A stretch of DNA of 64,000 nt from Octopus vulgaris (taxonomy: Eukaryota). Position 1 is the stretch's first letter. Each line of letters starts with the position of its first letter. Shown one piece after another: positions 53,567 to 64,000 of the stretch. The position numbers were made by a program, and so were the translations under genes. Below the pieces are notes generated by a model. That model saw nothing but the letters and a program-made list of their open reading frames with translations. It ran no database searches and had not been told where the DNA came from. The stretch is taken from assembly GCA_951406725.2 (NCBI GenBank), contig OX597818.1:146320001-146384000 (forward strand). The letters are read 5' to 3'.

Positions 53567-53966
53567 TAGCGTGACTGTGTGGTAAGAAGATTGCTTCCCA
53601 ACTACATGGTTCTGGGTAAAGTCCCACTGTGTGGTATCTTGGGAAAGTGTCTTCTATTATAGCCTCGGGCCGACCAAAGCCTTGTGAGTGGATTTGATAG
53701 ATGGAAACTGGAAGAAGCCCGTCGTATATATATGGATATGTATATATTTGCATGTGTTTGTGCTTGTGCCACCGCCATCGCTTGACAACATGTGCTGGTG
53801 CGTTTATGTATCCGTAACTAGCAGATCGGCAAAAGAAACCGATAGAATAAGTACTAGGCTTACAAAGAATAAATGCTGAGGTCGATTTCTTCGACTAACA
53901 CTCTTTAAGGTGGTGCTCCAGCATCGCCGTAGTCAAATGACTGAAACAAGTAAAAGAATAAAAGAA
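53567..53966 (+). mobile_element. Near full-length SINE family A
   Basis: Homology to 16013-16431. Confidence 0.9.
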
Positions 53967-56093
53967 CATATTCCTATCCCACCGTAAAGAAAGAGACTGG
54001 GTAGTTATTACTGTAACGCTTTTCATCACAGGTTTGCTTGATCGGGTTGATGTTGCTGGGACAAACACTTGTTTGATTCCACTGAATCATAATTTTTAAT
54101 CAAGAAAGATGGGGTTATGGAGTCAGGGACTTTTAAGAAAGCCACTAAATGTATCTTACATTCATTTATTTATGAAGAAAAAAAGTTAAATAAGTGAAGC
54201 CAATCCAATTGGATGTAGCAAACTGACGAAGGAGTTGGTTAACAATAAACTTACGAGTATATCACAAAACAGGCAATAATAACAAGGATTATAAATGTAA
54301 AAGCCTTACAAACACTTCACGAGAATGATAGAACTTTCGCTGAAATAGTAAAAGATTTTAAACATAACGAAAATGCAATACAATAGTAAAAGAGATATAA
54401 GTTACAAGAATGTGTTAACAAGACATTCTAAATATAAAACGTGAAAATATGAAGAAAGATCGTTAAACGAAAGATAACTAGACATGAAGAAGCTGAATAA
54501 AATTGACGATAGTCAATCAGAAAAGCTTTGACGTCAAACGATATTTAGCTACACCAACAAAACAAAAATACCGATGTGTTTGAAGAAGGATCTAAGAGGG
54601 CGGACGTTTATCATTTTCAATTAGTCAAAGTTTGTTTCTTCAGATACATTCTTCACGCTATTTATATAATGGTAGCTACTAGTCTAAAAATTTGAAGCAT
54701 GTATATTTAATTAATCAATTTGCTTATTTCAAAGCTATTGGAATTTGCTGGGACATTAGTGCATTGGAATAAATGCATTTAAGAAATTAGCTTAGTCCTG
54801 TTTTCTGAGTCCAAAGTTCTGAGCGTGTCTTTTATTCCTTCAGAGTAAATAAATACTAAATGTGTACGCGGGTGATTCAGTCTACTGCATTTCAGCCTTG
54901 TGCACATGACAAATTATTTTCTAAGATCAAACCGCACAAGGAACAGGATGAAATCTGCATTAGACGGAGTGAGAAGCTGGTGCATTTTTGAACAAAATTT
55001 TAAGCGTATTAGTAAGTCTTTTCCAATAATTTGAATGACTTTCTTTCGGATGCAGTTTATGCAGTCTAGGATGTTTGTTAATCCATGAAGCTGCCGCATC
55101 GTTTCAGATGTAGAAACATTATTCAATTGTTAATAAAATAATTGAGCTTTGTATAATATTGGCAACTGACCAGGGCCAAACCAATTTTACGTCATGAAAA
55201 GAAAGGCTCCACTTTCGGATATAATTTTTCAAACATTATGAATATGAAATCACCAAGAAAGCTTCTTAGGAAGTGTGAAAAAAATGAGTGTCTTTGTTCT
55301 TTGAACAATACAGTATTAACATGTTCACACTGAAGAATATGTTTGAGGTCTCTGTTCAGGGATTCTTCGAGAGAATGTATAAAAAGAACTTCTCAACCTC
55401 ACAGAACTAGATGAAAAGGAAACACAAATTAATCCAATCACGGGCACTATGAACGCCACAAACGAAAATTCTACAAATGCCGCTTTCGCTTGTATTTGCA
55501 CAATTCTTTCTTAACATGATTCTTTTTCAATCCAATACCCAATATTCGGAAACCTGGAACTGTATTCAGCCAAACCAATCTTCATTTTACCGTAAATATA
55601 AATCTAAAGGGCTTATTTTCTGCTCTACAATAGAAAAGAAAAAAATGAACACAGTTTCTGAGTTATAAATCGAGTTAACTTTGAATTCATTTCAATCGCG
55701 TTACATTCGCCATCCATTCGCCATCTTCGAATCAGGCATAAAAATTATTCACATTTATTTGCAAACTTTAAAATCTAATAACTGGAACTAAGACATCAAA
55801 TACAAATTATTACTTTTCCAGATCTTAAAAACCATTCAAATGAGTCTTGAATGCTTTATACTTCTATCAAATAATATTTTCAAATCTTTCCCTCTTTAAT
55901 CGTCTTCTTGCGTTCATAAACAATTTAGAACGTTTAGGTAATTTAATGTGAATTTCAGAGATTGAGAAAAAAGATAAGAGAATTTTCAGTTTGTGATAAA
56001 AGGTACGCCAAATTATGCAGTGAATCATTTGTAGACGTTTGAAGATACAAGCATTCAGCATTTAACATTAATATATACGTGTATGTCTGTTTG

Positions 56094-56159
<66 letters not shown>

Positions 56160-56703
56160 TATATATTTATACAGGCGTTTGTAAACATATATCGATATAT
56201 GTGACGTTCAGGGACTTTTTAAAAATACCCTTTATTCTCCCTAGGAAATCTTAATTCTTTTATCAGTGCTGTATTGTAATTAATTTTTCTCCAATCTTTC
56301 TCTTATTTTTCTCAGGTTTTTCTTTCTCTCACATCTCGCATCTTTTCTCTCTTTCCCGACTCTTTTGTTCACTTCTTAATTTTCCCTTTTTTTCTTTTTC
56401 TTTCTTCCGCGAAAAAACGCTTTACTCACCGTCACATGCACATACCTCAATCACATTTTTCTTACTTTACTACATGCCGCACCTAACTGATTTTCTTCTC
56501 TCAAAGAAGAATATTTTGTGCTTCCCTTTTATTGCATTTAATTTTCTCCAAATTTTTCTTTTATTTTTCACTTACTTCTGTTCTCCCTGAACTCACATAT
56601 TTTTTCCTATTTCCATTTTGTTAACACTTGTCCTTACTGTGTTGTCTTTTTTCTTTTTATCCCCATTGAATACAAAAAGTATATATGTATATTTATATGT
56701 GTA

Positions 56704-56920
56704 AAGGCAGCAAACAGACAGAATCGTTAGCAAGCCGGACTAAAGGTTTGGCGGGATTCCGCCAGGTTTTCGTTCTGAATTGAAACCCGCCAATGTCGAC
56801 TTTGCCTTTCATAATTTCGAGATCGATAAAATAAGTACCATTTGAGCAGTGGGGGTTGATGTAATCAACTTAGGCCTTCCCTCGAAATTGCTTCCTGTCT
56901 GCCAAAATTTGAAACCAACA
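56704..56920 (+). mobile_element. SINE family B copy
   Basis: GTCGACTTTGCCTTTCAT..GATAAAATAAGTACC. Confidence 0.75.
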
Positions 56921-57337
56921 TTATTAATAATTATTCGTTCTTTTTCTTCTGAGCATTTTCTTAATGAAATAATAAATCATAATACAGCTCATCAAAAACG
57001 CCGCTGAGTATCTGGTATTTATGTAAAATAACCGATGGTTTCCGCGTACTGAAAAAATCCTATAAAAAATCCATAGCACATATCAATAGAACGTTAATAA
57101 CGAATATATTTATAAACATGACATACGATTAGTCATCATGGAAAAATAGAAACTATGAAATTAAAATAATATCACAATCTCCAATCTTTCATTTTTATCC
57201 GCAGCGAAAATATGACTTGTGGACTTCTAGTTTATTTAGAACAACAGTTTCATAGTAAGATATTTGAACAAGTGCTTTCCTAGAAGTGCCTCCCAAAGTA
57301 AACACATATGTTATCTTGTTGCAACTGACCATATATC

Positions 57338-57401
<64 letters not shown>

Positions 57402-57550
57402 TAGTTGAATGAATTATCTTATTATGGTTAATTCGATTAACCGATACCTGGGTAGCAAATTCACGTCAGAAAAACACGGTTGAAGCTACTCGCCAAGGGC
57501 AGAGATCACGTGCTTTCGTGTGGAAATTTGTGTGTTTTTATAAATACAAA

Positions 57551-57843
57551 TAAATGAAAGAATGGAGTTGAACGACGAATTAACGAAATTCCTTTATTCT
57601 CGACATATGTTTCGAAGGCTGCATATTCATAATTTCGAAGGAATAAGGGGTGCATTATGCCGCCTTCTCATCAGGAAAAACAAGGAACTTATGTCAACAT
57701 CAAGATGCACAAAAACTTTTAGATGACTGCATAAGGCGGCATAATGCACCCCTTATTCCTTCGAAATTAGGAATATGCAGCCTTCGAAACATATGTCGAG
57801 AATAAAGGAATTTTGTTAATTCGTCGTTCAACTCCATTCTTTC

Positions 57844-57849
<6 letters not shown>
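57551..57849. mobile_element. Fold-back element: ~116-bp near-perfect inverted arms, 66-bp spacer
   Basis: 57551-57666 vs 57733-57848, two mismatches seen. Confidence 0.9.
57597..57679 (-). ncRNA. Canonical type I hammerhead (GUC site)
   Basis: TTTTC-CTGATGA-GAAGGC...GCCTTC-GAA-AC-ATAT-GT-C-GAGAA. Confidence 0.9.
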
Positions 57850-57883
<34 letters not shown>

Positions 57884-58131
57884 TAATAAACACAGTATAT
57901 GTTTTTTAGGCGCTACTATTAGTTTCATTTGCTGAGATCATGCCAATCAGTGTTTTATAACACATCTGGTGTCCCAGCACAAATACCAGACACTGCCAAC
58001 GGCATACATACACACATCCACACACACAAACACACGCACACTCGCACACACACATACGCACACATATATACATATATGCGTGCGTGCGTGTGCGTGGTGT
58101 GTGTGCGTTTGTGTGTGTATGTATGTATTTA

Positions 58132-58162
<31 letters not shown>

Positions 58163-58205
58163 TGTATGTATATATGTATGTATGTATTTGTGTGTGAGTG
58201 TGTGT

Positions 58206-58405
58206 GGAGGCGGTGGTTTAGCGGACAGGGCGTTGAACTTATGATCGTAAAAATTATGACACGTTCTGTTCATGTCACATTTCTCCGGTCCTCTCACCCG
58301 GAAAAAATGAGTAATGCTGTAATGGACCGGCATCCCGTCCAAAGAGGAATATATGCCTCACGGAAACCAGGAAACCGGCCCTATCAGTCTATATGACTCG
58401 AGAAA
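58206..58405 (+). mobile_element. Diverged SINE family C-like copy
   Basis: CCGGCATCCCGTCCA..GGAAACCAGGAAACCGGCCCTAT tail matches 5846-5904. Confidence 0.6.
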
Positions 58406-58432
58406 GTTATTGGTCCATTTTATCATTTATGA

Positions 58433-58471
<39 letters not shown>

Positions 58472-59155
58472 TAAGGGCACAGAATTCTTGCCTATATTCT
58501 GAAAAAGAGACGCTAAATCGCCCAACCACATTAAATAGCATCACTATTATTATTACACCGGTGTCGAAAATGGAGGGAGCAAGTAAACGGAAATTCATTC
58601 AAATAGAGTTTTCTCTGGATCGGCCGAATTCTGGATTAACGAAATGGTTCGTGTTTGTCGGCAGAAAATACTGAGGGGAAAAATGAAATACTTATTCATA
58701 CCCACAAGAAAGCAGACGCAATGTCACGAATAAATATAAGTATTCCAAATATATCCATATCGAATTCCATAGCAAGCCTGAACACGTGTGTAGCCGGTCA
58801 AGAATAGCCCATAAGTGACTAGACGGTCCCGAAGTGAATGGGAATTCATTTAATTATAATATAAAAGGATAATATTGATAAAAATGTTATCAGTAGCCAG
58901 CATATAAATATATAGACCTATTGAGATGAAATAATAAATACAATTATAATTAAGGTCATAGAATAATATTCTTCCCTATAAGCTGAAAAGGTGACGCTAA
59001 ATCGTCCAACCAAATTAAATATCATCAGTGTTATTATTACAAACGTGTCGAAAATCGACACGTGTAGGCAAGAATTTTTTATAAACATGTAAATATATCA
59101 ACAGAAAGACATGTATGCTTACATATATCTAACCATAAATATACGTTTATGCATT

Positions 59156-59202
<47 letters not shown>

Positions 59203-59339
59203 CTGTAAGCCTTATTTATAAATGTTCTAAAATCTTCACAGCCTTGGTTTTCATTCTGGAAAAAAGTTATCAGAGGATGAGCAGATTAGTTACAGTTCAG
59301 TTCAGCCCATTATCAATAAAGATTTGGGTGAGACGCGTA

Positions 59340-59722
59340 TCTGCCATGTTTGTGCCAAAAACTGCTTTCAGTTGACCAAAAAGACACTCGGATTTCAGTA
59401 GCATAAGATCTCTTTGATTCTGTCGAGAACGAGGAAAATTTTTGAAAGCTTCACGTGGGCCTCTGAGCAGGTATCATCAAACTTTTGGCAAAATTTGATG
59501 CAAATTCTATGCTCAACTTTCTCTGTCATGGTCAATGCAACGATCACACGCTACATACCTTCCTTCCAAGCACTGCTGTAAATAGCGAAAGTAAGCTTGA
59601 TCGTTAAAATTGTGTGCGCATACACAGTAGAGAGTAAGGTCAGTCTGTCAAGTCGCTTTACTCTGTGTGCTTTAGCTTCAGTACTATGGCAACAGGCCAG
59701 ATACTTATTGATCACACTATAT
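59340..59722 (-). mobile_element. Mariner deletion derivative
   Basis: KVEHRICIKFCQKFDDTCSEAH resembles a mariner transposase N-terminus; TIR-like TACTTATTGATCACAC next to (TA)n. Confidence 0.6.
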
Positions 59723-59741
59723 ATATATACATACACATACA

Positions 59742-59917
59742 CATAAAATTAAATCCAATACAAGGAAAACAGGCTCCTTTATAGGGATGGAAACATCTAT
59801 ATGTACGTGTGAGCGTATATATATATATATATATATCTACACACACACACACTTACAGATAGATGTTTCCATCCCTATAGAGGAGCCTATTTTCCTTGTA
59901 TTGGATTTAATTTTATG
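59742..59917. repeat. ~64-bp inverted repeat flanking a TA/CA microsatellite
   Basis: CATAAAATTAAATCCAATACAAGGAAAA..GGGATGGAAACATCTAT and its reverse complement at 59853-59916. Confidence 0.85.
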
Positions 59918-59934
59918 TATTTATATATGTGTGA

Positions 59935-60342
<408 letters not shown>

Positions 60343-61027
60343 GCATAGATTCATAGATTCATATACATGTATACGCAGAGGCACATGTACATGTACATAT
60401 GTATGTGTGTATGTATGTGTGTATATATGTATGTATGTGTACGTTATACGTGAGTGTGTGCGCGCGCAGCTTATTTAAACGCTTGCATATCTACGTAGAA
60501 ATCCACCAATCTGTTTTAAATAAGAATTCGAAGATTTCAAATACAAGAAGTAAAAGAGTGACTGCAAACAAAAGAATAAAAAACATGTGAAACAAAGCTA
60601 AAGCTATCTCCAAGAATAATAAGAAATAAAAGTATTTACGTATTACATGACTTATGAGTGAGTCTTGCAAAAACATGTATTCTATTTCGGTTCGGTTCAG
60701 GAATTAAGCGACTTCATGAAACAAAGCTGCATTATTGAGATGTTTCAGTTTTTAAACCGGTTATATTCTTTAACCGATCTTTCACTGCATTTTACTTTAT
60801 TATTGATATTTGGGGAGTTGTCATTCTTGTTCTCCAAAAAATATTTACATCTATCACGTTTTGATTGCATATTATTGAATCGATTATTTTAGGTTTTTCA
60901 TTTGTTATCATTGTCGCTGTTATTGAGCTTCAACAATAACAGAGATAAAATGTGTTATTCTTTGTATTTAAAGTTCCCCTCCCCTCCTCCTTCTTCTACT
61001 TCTTCTAATTATTATCAGGTAATAATT

Positions 61028-61210
61028 GCTGGCAAAACGCTTATCGGCATTTCGTCTGACTTTACGTTTTCAGTCCAAACTCCGCCGACGTCGACTCTGC
61101 CTTTCATCCTTTCGGGATCGACAAAATATGTACCAGTTGATCACTGAGGTCGATGTAATCGAATTATCTTCAGCGCTAAATTGCTGGCCTTGTGCCAAAA
61201 TTTGAAAGCA
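61028..61210 (+). mobile_element. SINE family B copy
   Basis: GCCTTTCATCCTTTCGGGATCGAC domain. Confidence 0.75.
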
Positions 61211-61885
61211 TTATTGTTATTGCGGTTATTGTTGCTATTGTGCTTTCAAATCAAAGACGATATTTTGGAGCTCATAAAATGATTTTGAATTTGGTTGTTT
61301 GAAAAAATTACTTTGGTTTCCGTTCCACCATTTTCTCTTATTAGGCAAGTTAGTTTTGGGAAATGTTTACTCCGGGGCTTCATTTAAGTTGTATTTTGTA
61401 ATACCCATTAAAAAAGAAATAACACGGAAGCATGGCGGCGTATTTTTCGGAGTCAGATCAGAGATTGGAAGAGCTGTTTTGATGCTGCCTCCCCTACTTT
61501 TAAAAAGAAAAGAAGAAAGCACTACCGTCAAGACCACCACAATATTTTAACAACTGAAACAACAACAACAGCTACAACAAGGAAAACGAAACAAAACAAT
61601 AGTAACATGGAAAATAAAAACAACAAAAATGAGGTCTAAGAAAGAAAAAGAAAATAAATAAAATGATGATTAGAGGCACGTCCAACACAAGCGATAATAA
61701 TAATGGTTCCAAATAATAATAATAATGGTACCTATTTTATTGACCCCGAAAGGCAAAGTTCAACTAAGCGGAATTTGAACATCGAACCTAAAAAAATCGG
61801 AAGAAATATCGGTAAGTCATCTTTAACGATTATGCCTTCGTGATAACTTAAAAAGAAACAAGAAGAAGAAGAAGAACAACAACAA

Positions 61886-61924
<39 letters not shown>

Positions 61925-62299
61925 CAACAACAACAACAATAATAATAATATATTCCCCATTTTTTTAGGGGAAGGATCCACAGCAAGACACACACCAGGC
62001 ATTCCATTCATTTCCCAGCTCAAAAAGGCGAGCCCCGTTCTATGCTCGAGTCAAGGCATAGAACGCAACTCCCAATATCAGCAGCGGGGCCCGACAACAT
62101 ATGCTGGTTTACCTCCGTCCCATCATGCTGTCCTGGGTATGACTATAAACTACATCCGGTAGTGGGACCCTGGGGCCCTGCTTTCAGGGTTTGAGGAATG
62201 TGAAACCACCTCTTAGCCACTATCGTTCCACAGTCTGCTCTGGCCCAGAGTGGTAGTACCTGCAAGTGTCTCATCTATGGGTCAAGTAGCACCCCCACC

Positions 62300-62584
62300 C
62301 CACAGTCGCTTTAGAAACATGGGTGTTTCGTTCCACATCCTTAAACAAACCTTATTCAGGGACACTTTGAGCGGGATGGGCTACTCGACCTGAAGAAAAT
62401 TCTCACTGGGCCCCACCTGCAAGGTCATGTTCTGTTTATTTTGATATATCATCATGTCGCACACATATGGTTGTGATGCATGTGCCTAGTGTACACTTAT
62501 CAGACAGGTTGTCATGATGGATATATTGGGCTTCGTATATTTTACCGCAGTGTCACTTTGATGCCATGCACTGCTCTCTCACTC

Positions 62585-62645
<61 letters not shown>
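62300..62645 (+). mobile_element. Retroposon 3' tail ending in (AAT)n, family unassigned
   Basis: Non-coding GC-richer block ending CTCTCTCACTC(AAT)n. Confidence 0.4.
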
Positions 62646-64000
62646 GGAGAACACCGGGGGACTTTAAAGGGAGAACACCGGGAGACTTTTAAGGGAGAAC
62701 ACCGGGGGACTTTTAAGATGTAAGAAGGAAAATTCAGAGCTCCGAAACCTATCCACAAACATCGAAAACAAGGACATCCTATGGAGCCAAAGTTTTACTA
62801 ACAAAGAATTGGACTGTATCCGAGTAAGTAATACAAACTGAAATTTATTACTATTTTCGAAACGAAATGATGTATTTTTGACTCGATATCATCTCCACCT
62901 CTAACGCAACACATGTAAACATGCGTGAAACATCACGATCATCTCCGACCCCAAACACCATGTACAAAGGAACTACGAAGAAATTAAATGCCACCGATAC
63001 TATTCAACCCAAGAATAACAATCGAGCGGTACGTACATTAAACCTACAACAAAAAATGTACGAAAAACTACACGTGCGAAATAATGTGACAACAGAAATA
63101 AACGGACCGGTACCCTACGAAAATGACGACCGTCAAAATAATGGGCCGGACGTTGTACCTCATGTCCCGCAAATAAAACCCAAAAGACGTAAATGGACAC
63201 GTGAGGAATACATTTCTATCTTACACGCATACTTCACAGCAGTACTCTACCCAAAAAATGAAAATACAACAACACATACATATAAAATATGGAAGGAAAA
63301 TAATAGAGATTTAGACTTGGATACAGCAATGAACCCTAATAAATTAGCTAACGTACGAAGATACATTCTCAACACAAAAAAAATATCAGAAATAGAAATA
63401 GAACACCTAAAAGAAAATATACACCAGGAAAATGTAGATAGAAGCCACACAACAATGCCCAATAATATAAACACTGAAACTGTAAAACACGAAGACAAAC
63501 GCAACATTCCCAACAAACACGATGTAAACAACGAAGGGGAGCCTAATGATTATGATAATATAAAAAATAAAATAATCAAAGAACTAAAAACCACAGAGCT
63601 CAAAATGGACCACCGACCATACCTCCCAAGAATAAAAATAAACGCAATAACAACACCAATTATAAACAACATAAACCTAGCCGTCACTGAACTAGCCACT
63701 GAAACAAAAAAAAGTGATATCACTGAACTAAATGACTTGATATACGCAGCAGCCACTGCAGCCACAAAAGAAGCTGGATACTCACCCAAACCCGCCCGAA
63801 CAGGAGTACCACCACCCAAACAAACCCTGTGGATAAATAACATCCAAAACAAAATAAAAAAAATTAGAAAAGACCTGTCGATTCTTAATGAAATCAGCAA
63901 ACAAGCAACGCTACTGAGCAACAAAAAGAGAACAAAAATGCTCCGCAAATATAACACCACAGAAAAAGATTTGCCGGAGATAAAAGAAAAGCTGAAGCAA
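62646..64000 (+). mobile_element. 5' portion of an R4/Dong-clade non-LTR retrotransposon
   Basis: Begins directly after (TAA)n; three 24-bp repeats; open ORF with R4/Dong-like N-terminal motifs. Confidence 0.8.
62921..64000 (+). CDS. R4/Dong-type retrotransposon ORF, N-terminal 360 codons, runs off the window
   Basis: No stop found by manual translation: MRETSRS..KRRKWTREEYISILHAYF..IWKE..KLANVRRYI..SEIEIEHLK..RPYLPRI..DITELNDLIYAAA..LWINNIQNKIKKIRKDLS..EIKEKLKQ. Confidence 0.85.
   Translation, partial: MRETSRSSPTPNTMYKGTTKKLNATDTIQPKNNNRAVRTLNLQQKMYEKLHVRNNVTTEINGPVPYENDDRQNNGPDVVPHVPQIKPKRRKWTREEYISILHAYFTAVLYPKNENTTTHTYKIWKENNRDLDLDTAMNPNKLANVRRYILNTKKISEIEIEHLKENIHQENVDRSHTTMPNNINTETVKHEDKRNIPNKHDVNNEGEPNDYDNIKNKIIKELKTTELKMDHRPYLPRIKINAITTPIINNINLAVTELATETKKSDITELNDLIYAAATAATKEAGYSPKPARTGVPPPKQTLWINNIQNKIKKIRKDLSILNEISKQATLLSNKKRTKMLRKYNTTEKDLPEIKEKLKQ

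Noticed and set aside
62646-62717. Three 24-bp direct repeats, superficially CRISPR-like
   Set aside because: No spacers, eukaryotic context; 5' UTR repeats of a retrotransposon
63247-63960. Hydrophobic minus-strand ORFs
   Set aside because: Antisense shadows of the A-rich retrotransposon ORF

Overview
This is AT-rich, microsatellite-dense eukaryotic DNA. The repeat content (tRNA-headed SINE families, very abundant TA/TATG/CA/TAGA/AAT arrays) looks like an octopus-type cephalopod genome, which is my inference. No host protein-coding gene can be supported, and nearly all listed ORFs are translations of microsatellites. Mobile elements present: >20 SINE copies from ~5 families, a decayed Penelope-like element (PLE; RT + GIY-YIG, ~17.8-19.3 kb), mariner and hAT remnants/MITEs, RTE fragments, an ORF1-only LINE-like relic, and the 5' part of an R4/Dong-type retrotransposon with an uninterrupted ORF missing from the ORF track (62921 to the window end). 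The main signal is about 15 type I hammerhead-ribozyme (HHR) motifs, read by eye on both strands. Most have a different self-complementary helix III. They sit in short non-coding elements that lie in TA/AAT microsatellites and form fold-back or tandem structures, and one is joined to a tRNA-like Pol III head. Repeat boundaries are approximate and all folds are manual, not computed.
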